A stretch of 64,000 nucleotides of DNA from a bacterium (GTDB lineage: Bacteria; Chloroflexota; Dormibacteria; Aeolococcales; Bog-877): positions 25,052 to 89,051 of the forward strand of contig JAJYXT010000010.1 of the NCBI GenBank assembly GCA_021801645.1. Direction: 5' to 3'. The stretch's first letter is position 1, and every line of letters begins with the position of its first letter. The notes beneath the pieces are model-generated. The model saw only the letters and a list, made by a program, of their open reading frames with translations, was not told where the DNA came from and made no database searches. Shown here one piece after another: positions 1 through 10,479 of this stretch. The translations under genes and the position numbers were made by a program.

Positions 1-507
1 CAGCGCGTCCATCCCCAGGTCGCGGGCCATCTGCAGGCAGCTCCGGAGCGTCTCCAGCTCCAGGGCGCGGACGATGAGCAGCACGGCGTCGGCACCGGCG
101 GCCCGGGCCTCCAACACCTGCTCCGGCCCGACCAGGAAGTCCTTGCGCAGGACCGGCACGGTGGTGGCGGCGCACACCGAGCGAAGGTCGTCCAGCGAGC
201 CCCCGAATTGGACCGGCTCGGTGAGGACGGAGAGAGCAGCAGCCCCCGACCGGGCGAGGGCGGGAGCCAGCTCAAGGGGATCAAGGCCGGGCCGAAGGGC
301 GCCGGCGGAGGGTGAGCTTCGCTTCAGCTCGGCAATCATGGCCAGCCCAGGGCCGGCGAGGGCACTCCGGAAGCCACGCGGCGCCGGAGCGTCTGCGGCC
401 AGTTGCTCGAGCCGGCCGGGTCCGTGCCTTCGGCGCAAGTCGTCCAGGCGATCGCGGGAGCCGGCCAGGAGGGGCCCGAGGACGCCGTAGCGGTTGCGGA
501 CTTCCAT
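1..507 (-). CDS. trpC: Indole-3-glycerol phosphate synthase, 5' portion (C-terminus runs off the window start)
   Basis: Reverse translation gives MEVRNRYGVLGPLL...LAMIAELKRSSPSAGAL...LSVLTEPVQFGGSLDDL...VPVLRKDFLVGPEQVLEARAAGADAVLLIV, typical of TrpC. The ATG at 507..505 overlaps the acyP stop by 1 nt. Confidence 0.75.
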   Translation of the reverse strand, partial: MEVRNRYGVLGPLLAGSRDRLDDLRRRHGPGRLEQLAADAPAPRGFRSALAGPGLAMIAELKRSSPSAGALRPGLDPLELAPALARSGAAALSVLTEPVQFGGSLDDLRSVCAATTVPVLRKDFLVGPEQVLEARAAGADAVLLIVRALELETLRSCLQMARDLGMDAL

Positions 508-800
508 CAGCCGTCGATCGAGAAGGGTGGGAGCCCGGGTCCCACCGCCTCCTCCTCAACCTGGACCGCCTCCACCAGCGCGGCAGGGGGGCCCACCTGC
601 AGGAAGTCGATGTACTCGAGCACCGCCGGCAGCGGCCCCTGGGCCAGGGTCTCCAGCCGCCCGTCCCTCCGGTTGCGCACCCATCCCACGAGTCCCAGCT
701 CATCGGCCCGGCGGGCCGCGTAGGCCCGAAACCCCACCATCTGGACCCGACCGCTCACCAGACACCGTCGGCGTACCTCTGGAGGGGCATTGGGGGTCAT
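507..800 (-). CDS. acyP: Acylphosphatase
   Basis: 97 aa with VSGRVQMVGFRAYA...GLVGWVRNRRDGRLE..AQG, the acylphosphatase signature. Confidence 0.85.
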   Translation of the reverse strand: MTPNAPPEVRRRCLVSGRVQMVGFRAYAARRADELGLVGWVRNRRDGRLETLAQGPLPAVLEYIDFLQVGPPAALVEAVQVEEEAVGPGLPPFSIDG

Positions 801-830
801 CGTCCCAAGGTTAAGCGACGCGGCCGGGCC

Positions 831-1370
831 TCACTTGAGGACGGTCCCTCCGGCCTCCTCCTGCCGCGCCAGCATGAAGAGCAGGTCGGAGAGCCGATTG
901 AGGTAGCGGAGAACCTCAGGATTCCCCAACAGACCCTGGCGCTGCAGGGAGACCGCGCGGCGCTCCGCCCTCCGCACCACGGAGCGGGCCAGGTCGATGG
1001 CCGCGGCTGCGGGCGAGCCCCCGGGAAGAACGAACCCCGCGGGTATGCCGACCTCATTCTCAAGACGGTGCACCCATGCCTCCAGCCGGTCCGGGGCCTC
1101 CTGGGAGAGCACCGGGAAGTGCTTCTCCAGCCGGTCTCGAAGGTGAGGGTCGGTGGCCAGCTCCGCCCCCACGGTGAAGCACTCCCGCTCCAACTCCAGG
1201 AGACCCTCGGCGACCTCGCCCCGGGAGCACAGGGACCTGGCCAGCCCCATGGCCGATATGGCCTCGTCCAGGGCGCCGTAGGCTTCCGTCCGGAGGTCAT
1301 CCTTGGGCACCCTCCCGCCGTACAGCAGGCTGGTCTCGCCCTGGTCGCCCCCCCCGGTGACGATGCTCAC
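831..1370 (-). CDS. PduO-type ATP:cob(I)alamin adenosyltransferase (MMAB family)
   Basis: TGGGDQGETSL..GGRVPKDD...EAYGALDE, the N-terminal motif of PduO-type adenosyltransferases. Overlaps the trxB start. Confidence 0.8.
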   Translation of the reverse strand: MSIVTGGGDQGETSLLYGGRVPKDDLRTEAYGALDEAISAMGLARSLCSRGEVAEGLLELERECFTVGAELATDPHLRDRLEKHFPVLSQEAPDRLEAWVHRLENEVGIPAGFVLPGGSPAAAAIDLARSVVRRAERRAVSLQRQGLLGNPEVLRYLNRLSDLLFMLARQEEAGGTVLK

Positions 1371-2332
1371 CCGGCGGGGACTGCCGCCATCTCGGGCTGG
1401 GCCAACTCCTCCTCGACGTACTTGGTGGCCGCGATGGCGGCGGTGGTGCCGTCTCCGACCGCGGTGGTGACCTGGCGGGTCAACTGCGCCCGCACGTCCC
1501 CGGCGGCGAAGATCCCGGGAATCGAAGTGCGCATGTTGGCGTCGGTGAGGTAATACCCCTGAGGGTCATGCTCCACGTGCCCGGCCACCAGCTGGGTGTT
1601 GGGGATGAAGCCGACGAAGATGAAGACCCCGCCAACCGCGAACTCACTGCGCTCCCCACTCCGAACGTTGCGCAGCCTGAGGGAGGTCACCCGGTTCTCG
1701 TCACCGGTTATCTCCTCCACGACGGTGTCGAGCAGGAACTCGATCTTGGGGTTCTGCCGGGCCCTTTCCAGCAGCAGCGGCTGGGCGCGGAACTCCTCGC
1801 GACGGTGGATCACCGTGACCTTGGCGGCGTAGCGGGTCAGGAAAGCCGCCTCCTCGATCGCCGCGTCCCCTCCGCCGATCACCGCGAGGTGCTCCCCTCG
1901 AAAGAAGGCCCCATCGCAGACCGCGCAGTAGGACACACCACGGCCGGCGTACTCCTGCTCCCCCGGCACCTCGAGCTTCCGGGGCTGGCCCCCGGCGGTG
2001 ACGATCACCGCCTTGGCGTAGTAGGGCTCCTCCTCCTCAACCTCGATCCGCTGCCGGCCGTCCGGGAGCGGGACGATGGCGGACACCCGGGCTGAGACCA
2101 GCTCGGCGCCGAAGCTGAGGGCGTGCTCCGCCATCTTGCTCGCCAGTTCCGGTCCCGTGATCGAAGCGAAGCCGGGATAGTCCTCGATGGCCTCCGTGTT
2201 CAACAGCTCTCCACCGGGCAACCCCGCCTCAAGCAGCAGCGTCCGCTTCAGCGCCCGGCCCGCGTACAGGGCCGCCGTGAGCCCGGCCGGCCCCCCTCCC
2301 ACGACCGCGATGTCGTACTCCCGTTCCGTCAC
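1367..2332 (-). CDS. trxB: Thioredoxin-disulfide reductase
   Basis: N-terminal FAD motif AVVGGGPAG, redox-active CAVCDG, and NADPH-site GGGDAAIEEA. Confidence 0.9.
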   Translation of the reverse strand: MTEREYDIAVVGGGPAGLTAALYAGRALKRTLLLEAGLPGGELLNTEAIEDYPGFASITGPELASKMAEHALSFGAELVSARVSAIVPLPDGRQRIEVEEEEPYYAKAVIVTAGGQPRKLEVPGEQEYAGRGVSYCAVCDGAFFRGEHLAVIGGGDAAIEEAAFLTRYAAKVTVIHRREEFRAQPLLLERARQNPKIEFLLDTVVEEITGDENRVTSLRLRNVRSGERSEFAVGGVFIFVGFIPNTQLVAGHVEHDPQGYYLTDANMRTSIPGIFAAGDVRAQLTRQVTTAVGDGTTAAIAATKYVEEELAQPEMAAVPAG

Positions 2333-2398
2333 GACGCGCCTCCAGATGGCCAGAACTCTCCCTCAGCTTACCCAATAGGGGAGCGGCCGAAGCCGGGG

Positions 2399-3934
<1,536 letters not shown>

Positions 3935-4013
3935 TCAGTCGCGCACCAGCCAGCGAACCGGACCTCCACCTCCCCTCGGCGAGTCCGGGATCTGAGCGTC
4001 CTCGACCGGCGGC

Positions 4014-4952
4014 CTAGCCTGAGGTCCACTGCCGGATCACCGGCAGGACCTCCAGGAGGGGGATGGCGAACGCCCCCACCCCGAATTTGGCCGCCAGGGT
4101 CATGATCCCCAACACCTGCCCCTGGGCGGTGAGCACCGGCCCGCCGCTGTTCCCCGGGAAGATGTGGGCGGGGATGCGGATGAGATCGACGTAATTGGTG
4201 AGCTGTCCGGGCTCGGCATCCCCCACCGTGGCCCTCTGGTTGAGGCCGTCCACCAGGGAGACGGTGACCGGGGGATGCCCCGTGGCTCCCTGGGACGCCA
4301 GGACCACCACCGCCTGCCCCATGGACGCGGACGCTGTGTCCAGGGGCAGCGGCGCCTCGGTGAGGCCCTCAGCCTGAACCTCCGCCAGGTCGAGCTGAGG
4401 GTCAGAGTTCACCACTCGTGCCGGGTACTCGGCGCCGGAGGAGGTGACCACGTGGAAGCTCAACCCCTGGCTGACCACGTGGTCGTTGGTGATGAAGTCG
4501 CCGCGTGAGTCCACCGGCCATCCGGTGCCCAGCTCCTCGGAGGCGGTGCCCACCGCCACCACGGTCACGATCTCGGGCAGATCCTGGCCGGCGATCTCCT
4601 GCAGCGCGGTCCCTGATCCCGCCGCGGACGGCGTGGGGGTCGGGGCCAGGGCCAGGTTGCGGGCCACGTGATGGCCGTCGGGTGTCCGGCGCGCCAACGA
4701 GAGCCCGGCCGCCGCTCCCGCGGCCAGTCCGATGGCGATCACCGCCACCCCGGCCGCCACGCGGGTCCACCACCGATGGCCCCGGGGCGAGAGAGGGTAG
4801 TCCTCCCCACGGCTCCACGCCTCGGGGTCCCAGCCATCTCCCTCCGGGGAGAGTTCAACTCCGGGCGGCTCCCAGGGAAGCGGCTGCCTGGGAGCCGTCC
4901 AGCCACCTTCGGCTGGCCCGCCCTTGTCCGGGACGTGTGGTTCCGTCGTCAC
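4014..4952 (-). CDS. Trypsin-like serine protease (HtrA/S1C family, no PDZ), membrane-anchored
   Basis: GNSGGP active-site motif and a TM segment WWTRVAAGVAVIAIGLAAG. The track ORF (to 5093) overlaps tRNA-Leu, so the start is moved to the GTG at 4952 preceded by AGGAGG. Confidence 0.65.
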   Translation of the reverse strand: MTTEPHVPDKGGPAEGGWTAPRQPLPWEPPGVELSPEGDGWDPEAWSRGEDYPLSPRGHRWWTRVAAGVAVIAIGLAAGAAAGLSLARRTPDGHHVARNLALAPTPTPSAAGSGTALQEIAGQDLPEIVTVVAVGTASEELGTGWPVDSRGDFITNDHVVSQGLSFHVVTSSGAEYPARVVNSDPQLDLAEVQAEGLTEAPLPLDTASASMGQAVVVLASQGATGHPPVTVSLVDGLNQRATVGDAEPGQLTNYVDLIRIPAHIFPGNSGGPVLTAQGQVLGIMTLAAKFGVGAFAIPLLEVLPVIRQWTSG

Positions 4953-5049
4953 GCCTCCTGATCGGCGGCCGACTGCAGATCTTGCCGACCCCTCCGCGCC
5001 GCACTCCTGGGTGCAGGGTAACTCCGGGAACGTCCTCCGGGGCCCCAGG

Positions 5050-5136
5050 TGGTGCCGGGAGCGGGACTCGAACCCGCACGCAGTGACCTGCACAGCGCCC
5101 TGAACGCTGCGTGTCTACCAGTTTCACCATCCCGGC
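5050..5136 (-). tRNA. tRNA-Leu (anticodon CAG), class II with long variable arm
   Basis: 87 nt. GCCGGGA acceptor, CAGCG/CGCTG anticodon stem with loop TTCAGGG, a long variable arm, and a 3' CCA. Confidence 0.85.
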
Positions 5137-5187
5137 CGGGCCCGCCAATCGTACCGGATGAGGGCTCAGGGATCGAGCCACGCCGGG

Positions 5188-6723
5188 TCACCCCGACCAC
5201 TCCGCCACGTTGGTGAAGAGCTGGGCGGGATCGCCCACCGCCGGCATCCCGGGCGTGTGGGCCGCGCTCAGGTGGGCGTACACCAGCTCCGGGGTGTAGA
5301 GGAACACCGCCGGCATCTGGGTCGCCAGCTCCTGGACCACCACTCTGTAGGCGGCGATGCGACCGGGAAGGGATGTGGCGGTGGCCAGCTGGTCGATGGC
5401 GTGGGTCAGGATGGGGTCGGCGGCCCCCTGGCCGAGGTCGGCTCCGGCCGCCCCGCTGCCCCCGAAGAGGCCGGAGATGTCGAGAGTTGGTCCGTTGTCG
5501 AAGCCAACCAGCGCCATCTGGAACTCCCCCCTGCCGAGCTGGGCGGTGAGGAAGGACGCAGCCGGGTACTGGCCGACGCTCACGGTGATGCCCGCCGAGG
5601 CCAGCTGGTCGGCGAGCGCGCGGGCCACCGCGGTGAGGGGCTCCACGTCGGGAACGGCGAGGCGCAGCTGCAACGGTTTCCCGCCTGCCTCGTACAGCCC
5701 CACAGGCGGTGTTCGCCGGTAGCCCGCGGAGGCCAACAGCTGGCCGGCCGAGGAGACCGGCTGCCCGCGTTTAGTGATGGCCGCGGCCCAGCCGATCGAG
5801 TCGGGGAGCGGTCCGAACTGTGGCCTCGCCATTCCGGGCACGGCCCGGGTGATCAGCTGGCCCCGGTCCACAAGGGAGGCCACCGCCTGGCGGATGGCCA
5901 CGTCCGCCAGGGGCTGGCTGGACTGGTTGAACAGCAGCTCCACGAAGGAGTAGGTGAGTATGTGCTGGCGCACCACCGAGTGGGGCAGGCTTGCGAGTTC
6001 GGAACTGGTGGCCAGGAGCCAGCCGTCTACCTTGCCGGCGCTCATCTGGGCGGCCACCGCTGCGGAACTGGGCTCGAGCTGGATGACAAAGCGCGCGATG
6101 TGCGGACGGGGTTGGTAGTTCGGATTGCGGGCCAGCACCACCTGGTCGGGCAGGTTGGCGGCCAGGGCGAAGGGTCCGGCAGCCGGCGGGAAGGGGCCGG
6201 TCGGCCTCAGCCCCGCGCGAAGGTAGCGTCCGGGCTGGTCGTGGTACGGAGCCTCGGGGAGGATGGGCAGCTCCGCCGTGGTTGCGAAGTTGGGAGCCGG
6301 CCCGGGGAGGATGAAGGTCCCGGCCCAGAAGGAGTTGGCCTCCAGGGTGATCCCCAGCCAGGGGGCGGCGAGGGATGGATCGGGGAAGTCGCCCGCCTGC
6401 AGGACCGCGAGGGTGAAGCCGACATCCCGCGTGGTGATCGGCGCTCCATCGGACCAGCGCCCGCTCGCGGGCAGGGTGAAGCTCCAGCGGGAGCCACCGG
6501 CCTCGGACCGGAAGGAGCTGGCCAGCCCCAGGCGCGGCGATCCGGAGGGTCCGGGCTCAGTGAGCCCGGGGGCGCTCACGGCGGACACCATCATCGCGAC
6601 CGGGCTGGTGGGGTCGAGCAGGGAGCTGAGGGGGGACGGTCCCGTGGGGGCGACGAGCCCCTCGGTGAAAACCTGGTTGGCGCCCTGCTGGAGCACGCCC
6701 AGGGTGAGGGCGCCCACCCCCAC
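5188..6723 (-). CDS. ABC transporter substrate-binding protein, family 5 (peptide/nickel type)
   Basis: C-terminal SBP_bac_5-like sequence (LAVPDVEPLTAVARALADQLASAGITVSV..FQMALVGFDNGP). The first canonical start after the secG stop is the GTG at 6723. A hydrophobic signal-like segment LPALAATAALLCVGV lies upstream with no canonical start, so the true start is unresolved. Confidence 0.6.
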   Translation of the reverse strand: MGVGALTLGVLQQGANQVFTEGLVAPTGPSPLSSLLDPTSPVAMMVSAVSAPGLTEPGPSGSPRLGLASSFRSEAGGSRWSFTLPASGRWSDGAPITTRDVGFTLAVLQAGDFPDPSLAAPWLGITLEANSFWAGTFILPGPAPNFATTAELPILPEAPYHDQPGRYLRAGLRPTGPFPPAAGPFALAANLPDQVVLARNPNYQPRPHIARFVIQLEPSSAAVAAQMSAGKVDGWLLATSSELASLPHSVVRQHILTYSFVELLFNQSSQPLADVAIRQAVASLVDRGQLITRAVPGMARPQFGPLPDSIGWAAAITKRGQPVSSAGQLLASAGYRRTPPVGLYEAGGKPLQLRLAVPDVEPLTAVARALADQLASAGITVSVGQYPAASFLTAQLGRGEFQMALVGFDNGPTLDISGLFGGSGAAGADLGQGAADPILTHAIDQLATATSLPGRIAAYRVVVQELATQMPAVFLYTPELVYAHLSAAHTPGMPAVGDPAQLFTNVAEWSG

Positions 6724-6812
6724 GCAGAGGAGCGCCGCCGTGGCTGCCAGCGCCGGCAGCCGGAGGGGGTGACGGCGGCGGTCGAAAGCGCCCGAGAGGC
6801 TGAGGTGGTCCC

Positions 6813-7043
6813 TCAGCCGACCCGGATTTGGATGATTGCCACCAGGGCGAAGGCCGCCGTCAGCCAGATCGAGGCGCGGAAAAGCCCCTTCTCCAGTCCG
6901 CGGCGGGTCCGGTACCCGCCCCCCATGTCGGTCCCCCCGCCGATGGTGCCGCCAAGGCCGCTGGACTTGGGTGTCTGGAGCAGGATGGTGATCATCACCA
7001 GGACTGCCAGAACCACCTCGAGGACGGTTACCACGGTTTTCAT
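6813..7043 (-). CDS. secG: Preprotein translocase subunit SecG
   Basis: 76 aa with two TM helices and the central LLQTPKSSGLGGTIGGG motif. Confidence 0.8.
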   Translation of the reverse strand: MKTVVTVLEVVLAVLVMITILLQTPKSSGLGGTIGGGTDMGGGYRTRRGLEKGLFRASIWLTAAFALVAIIQIRVG

Positions 7044-7537
7044 CAGCTCTCCACCACAACGCCCGGGGGATTATAGCCCGGCCCCGGATGGCTCCCTTCT
7101 CCGGTCGGCAGCTCCTCGAACTCAGCGCCTTCTTCCTGGCCACTGAGGATCCAGGCCGTGGCCCGCCGCATCATCCCCTGGTCCACGGCGCAGACCACGT
7201 AGACGTAGCCCGGCCAGGCGTGGTCGCGATCGAACTGGCTGGGGCGGGCTGGGTGGTCCGGGTGGGTGTGAAAGAAGCCCAGGACATCCTCTCCCCGCGA
7301 GCGACCGGCACGCTCGGCGGCGATGATGTCCCGAGGGTCGAGCTCGTAACGGTCGTGACGCCGGTCCTCGACCAGGTTGCGGCCCGGGAATACCTCCGAG
7401 ACCTCCCAGACTCCCTCCCGGGCCGCGCCCACCAGGACACCGCATCCCTCGAAGGGGTAGGCGGACTCGGCCAGCTCGCGCATCCTCTCCCACTGGCCCC
7501 CGGCGAACCTCAGCTCCCGCGCAGCTCCGTCGCTCAT
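7043..7537 (-). CDS. mec: JAMM/MPN+ metalloprotease (Mec+-like, CysO-processing family)
   Basis: JAMM motif FFHTHPDHPARPSQFD (HxHx7Sx2D) plus an upstream E (PFEGCG). The ATG at 7537 overlaps the cysM stop as ATGA and is preceded by a GGAGG RBS. Confidence 0.8.
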   Translation of the reverse strand: MSDGAARELRFAGGQWERMRELAESAYPFEGCGVLVGAAREGVWEVSEVFPGRNLVEDRRHDRYELDPRDIIAAERAGRSRGEDVLGFFHTHPDHPARPSQFDRDHAWPGYVYVVCAVDQGMMRRATAWILSGQEEGAEFEELPTGEGSHPGPGYNPPGVVVES

Positions 7538-8565
7538 ACGCCTCCGTACAAACCGCCACTCAGGTAACGGTCGCCGCTGTCGGCGAAGATCAGGACGGCT
7601 ACCCCCTCCCGCAACCCACCCCGGATCAGCTGGCGCACTCCCCAGAGTGCCAGGCCAGAGGAGTGGCCTGCCAGCACCCCCTCTTCGCGAGCCAGCTGCC
7701 GGGCCAGATCGTACGACTCGCCGGTGGGTCCGAGAAGGTGCCGATCCGCCAGGCTGGGGTCGTAGATCCCGGGAACGATGGCACTGGCCATGTGCTTCAG
7801 GCCCTCCAAGCCGTGGAAGGGATCGTCGGGCTCCAGGCTGACGCACTCCACCTCTGGGTTCAACTCCTTCAGCCTCCGGCTCGTGCCCATGAAGGTGCCG
7901 CTGGTGCCGAGGCCGGCGAGGAAGTGGGTCACCCCTCCCCGGGTCTGCTCCCAGATCTCCGGGGCGGTCGACTCGTAGTGGGCTCGCCAGTTGGCCGGGT
8001 TGTTGTACTGGTCGGGGTAGAAGTAGCCGTCTGGACCCTGGCGCACGAGCTCCCGGCAGAGCCGGATGGCACCGTCGGACCCCTCCATGGGGTCACTCAG
8101 AATCAGCTCCGCGCCGTAGGCGCGCATGAGCTGCTTCCGCTCCTCGGTGACGTTGGCGGGCACCACCAGGCGCACCGGGTAGCCGAGCGCGGCCCCCAGC
8201 ATGGCGTAGGCGACCCCGGTGTTCCCGCTGGTGCTGTCGATGATGGTCTTGCCCCTGGTGAGGCGCCCCCGGCGGATCCCGTCCTGGAGCATCCAGAGGG
8301 CGGGCCGGTCCTTCACCGAGCCGCCAGGGTTGAGGAACTCCGCCTTGGCGTACACCTCGAGGTCGGGCGCCAGCTGCTCGAAGAGGCGCAGGCGGATGAG
8401 TGGGGTCGCACCGACCAGGTCGACCACGGTGCGGTCGTCCCCTCCCGGCGCCAGCTGCAGGCGACGGTTGCTCACCACAATTCCAACTGTAGCAGTCGGA
8501 TTATGCCGGCCGGCGCATCCCCCGAGCGGGACTAGACTTGCCCGCGGAGCAGATGAGGTGGTCAA
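7534..8565 (-). CDS. cysM: Cysteine synthase (CysM/CysK, PLP-dependent)
   Basis: GATPLIRL...LNPGGSVKDRPALWM...IIDSTSGNTGVAYAMLGAALGYPVRLVVP. The track start (TTG at 8565) may carry an N-terminal extension. Confidence 0.85.
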   Translation of the reverse strand: MTTSSAPRASLVPLGGCAGRHNPTATVGIVVSNRRLQLAPGGDDRTVVDLVGATPLIRLRLFEQLAPDLEVYAKAEFLNPGGSVKDRPALWMLQDGIRRGRLTRGKTIIDSTSGNTGVAYAMLGAALGYPVRLVVPANVTEERKQLMRAYGAELILSDPMEGSDGAIRLCRELVRQGPDGYFYPDQYNNPANWRAHYESTAPEIWEQTRGGVTHFLAGLGTSGTFMGTSRRLKELNPEVECVSLEPDDPFHGLEGLKHMASAIVPGIYDPSLADRHLLGPTGESYDLARQLAREEGVLAGHSSGLALWGVRQLIRGGLREGVAVLIFADSGDRYLSGGLYGGV

Positions 8566-9050
8566 GAGCCCGACTGCGGGCGCCGCGGATGTCCGCGGGG
8601 ATGATGTTGGTGGTGGCGGTGATCGCCTTCCTGTCGGTCTCAGCCGTCGTGGACGTACTCACCAGCATCGGTTCGGTGGGCGGCTCCGCTGGCCCTCCCA
8701 GGGCCCAGCTCGACGGCAACCTCAACGTCCGGGGGCTGCGCGTGGGCCGTCCCGCCCGGCTCGCCTTCGGGCTCTACCTGGCGTCGGGAAGCGCCATGGA
8801 CCCCGCCTGCGTCGGGGCCAATCTGAGCCCGGAGTTCCATGTGGTGCGGGTCACCTTCCTCAATTCCCCGGGCAGCCGCTGGTCCGGCAACGAGTCCTGC
8901 GGGCAGATCCTGGAGACCAACTCCACGATCCCGGTGGTGATCACGGTGATCCCCCGATACCCGGGGAACTTCACCATCGCCGCCCGTCCCAAGGTCCGCT
9001 CGCGGGACGTCGGCACCGGGCCAAAGGGGACGGTCTCAGTCGGCTCTTGA
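8553..9050 (+). CDS. Hypothetical membrane-anchored/secreted protein
   Basis: High GC3 coding signal. N-terminal TM MMLVVAVIAFLSVSAVV. The ATG at 8553 is preceded by GGAG. No recognisable family. Confidence 0.4.
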   Translation: MRWSRARLRAPRMSAGMMLVVAVIAFLSVSAVVDVLTSIGSVGGSAGPPRAQLDGNLNVRGLRVGRPARLAFGLYLASGSAMDPACVGANLSPEFHVVRVTFLNSPGSRWSGNESCGQILETNSTIPVVITVIPRYPGNFTIAARPKVRSRDVGTGPKGTVSVGS

Positions 9051-9764
9051 GTCCGATGCGCAGGCCGCCAACAGGGCCGCGTGCACCCGGGGTCCCGCGG
9101 CCACGATGTCACCGGTGCGCAGGTGACTCCCCCCTCCCTCCCAGTCGCTGACTACGCCACCCGCCTCGGTGACCAGCAGAGCCCCGGCCGCGATGTCCCA
9201 CACCTTGAGCCCCAGCTCGAAGAACCCGGAGAAGACCCCCGAGGCCACCAGGGCCAGGTCCAGGCTGGCGGCGCCGGGGCGGCGAGCGTCCTCGCAGCTC
9301 TCCAGCACCCGCTCGAGGGCACGCAGCAGGCGGGGCAGGCGCCCCTGCTCCTTGAAGGGGAATCCGGTGGAGACCACGGCCTTCTCCGGCTCCGAGTCGA
9401 CAACGTTGAGCCGCCTTCCCTCCTGGTCGAAGGCGCCGCGTCCCCGCCGCGCCGTGTAGGTCCAGCCCAGGAAGGGGGCGTGGACCGCCCCCACCGCGGG
9501 GCTCCCATCCACCAGGAGGGCCACCGAGACACCGACCATGGGAAAGCCCCGGCTGAAGTTGGTGGTCCCGTCCAGGGGGTCTACCACCCAGCCGGTGGGG
9601 GAGCTCCTGCCGCCCGCCTCCTCGGAGAGCACCGGAAGATCCGGGAAGGAGGCGTGCAGGATCCGCACCACCACCTCTTCGCTGGCGCGATCCACCTCCG
9701 TGACATAGTCGCCGGGCCCCTTCGCCTCGGCGCGATGGGGCCCCACCCCCGCCGCCCTGATCAC
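9036..9764 (-). CDS. Inositol monophosphatase family protein (SuhB/ImpA-like)
   Basis: DYVTEVD...WVVDPLDGTTNF motifs. The first canonical start is the GTG at 9764, but a conserved N-terminal helix continues upstream in frame (see findings). Confidence 0.8.
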   Translation of the reverse strand: MIRAAGVGPHRAEAKGPGDYVTEVDRASEEVVVRILHASFPDLPVLSEEAGGRSSPTGWVVDPLDGTTNFSRGFPMVGVSVALLVDGSPAVGAVHAPFLGWTYTARRGRGAFDQEGRRLNVVDSEPEKAVVSTGFPFKEQGRLPRLLRALERVLESCEDARRPGAASLDLALVASGVFSGFFELGLKVWDIAAGALLVTEAGGVVSDWEGGGSHLRTGDIVAAGPRVHAALLAACASDSRAD

Positions 9765-10036
9765 CGCCCCGCCGGCCTGGCTCGAGTACCTCGCGGTCGC
9801 CAGGGCGAGGTCCAGGTCTAAGGGCGTCGGCCCGAACTGGCTCAGCGCCGGCCCCGGCCCCGCGGTGGCTCCCGGGAGACCTTCTTCTTGTGCTTCTTGG
9901 CCTTGGACGGAGGCGCTGAGGGGATGAGCTCGGGTGGCGGTGCGGCTGGCCGGGGCGGGGGCGGGGGCATCTGGGAGTCGGTCATGGTCATATGGTGACA
10001 GCTGGGCGCCATCGGTGCGCGCCTTCGCCGACGGCC

Positions 10037-10360
10037 TCAGGTCCAGAGCCGGGCCGGATCTCGCCGAATGACCCGGGGCATCCCCGGGCGCAGCTTCAGC
10101 ACCACCCGGCCCACCACCCGGTCCACGGCCACCGCGCCGAACGCCTCACTGTCGGTGCTCTCTTGCCGGTTGTCACCGGCCAGCCAGACCAGCCGCCGGC
10201 GCGAGCTGACCGCGGCCACCCGCTTCACCAGCTCGAAGCCGTCCCGGTGCGGGTGTTCGGCCACCACGACATCGCCCACCCGGGGCATCCGGCCCCTTGT
10301 GGGGATGAGAAGGGCCCAGCTCCCCTCCTGGAGGTCGGGTTCCATGCTCCTCCCCTCCAC
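10037..10360 (-). CDS. sodX: Ni-SOD maturation peptidase SodX (S26 signal-peptidase-like)
   Basis: GRSMEPDL (catalytic Ser) ... ELVKRV (Lys) ... WLAGDN. Divergent from sodN. The start is uncertain: GTG at 10360, or ATG at 10513 which would overlap sodN. Confidence 0.65.
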   Translation of the reverse strand: MEGRSMEPDLQEGSWALLIPTRGRMPRVGDVVVAEHPHRDGFELVKRVAAVSSRRRLVWLAGDNRQESTDSEAFGAVAVDRVVGRVVLKLRPGMPRVIRRDPARLWT

Positions 10361-10479
10361 CAGGAGGAGCTGTGGAAGCCGGGGACCGCGCTGCGGTTTG
10401 CCGCCAGTCACGGGCTGATGGTAGTTTGGACGGGACGGAGGAGATCTCCGGCATCGCTCAGGTTCGAAGGGAGGCGGCC

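Noticed and set aside
5158-7146. 662-aa plus-strand ORF
   Set aside because: Antisense to the SBP and secG genes. Low-complexity G/R/P-rich product with no family resemblance.
7663-8535. 290-aa plus-strand ORF
   Set aside because: Antisense to cysM.
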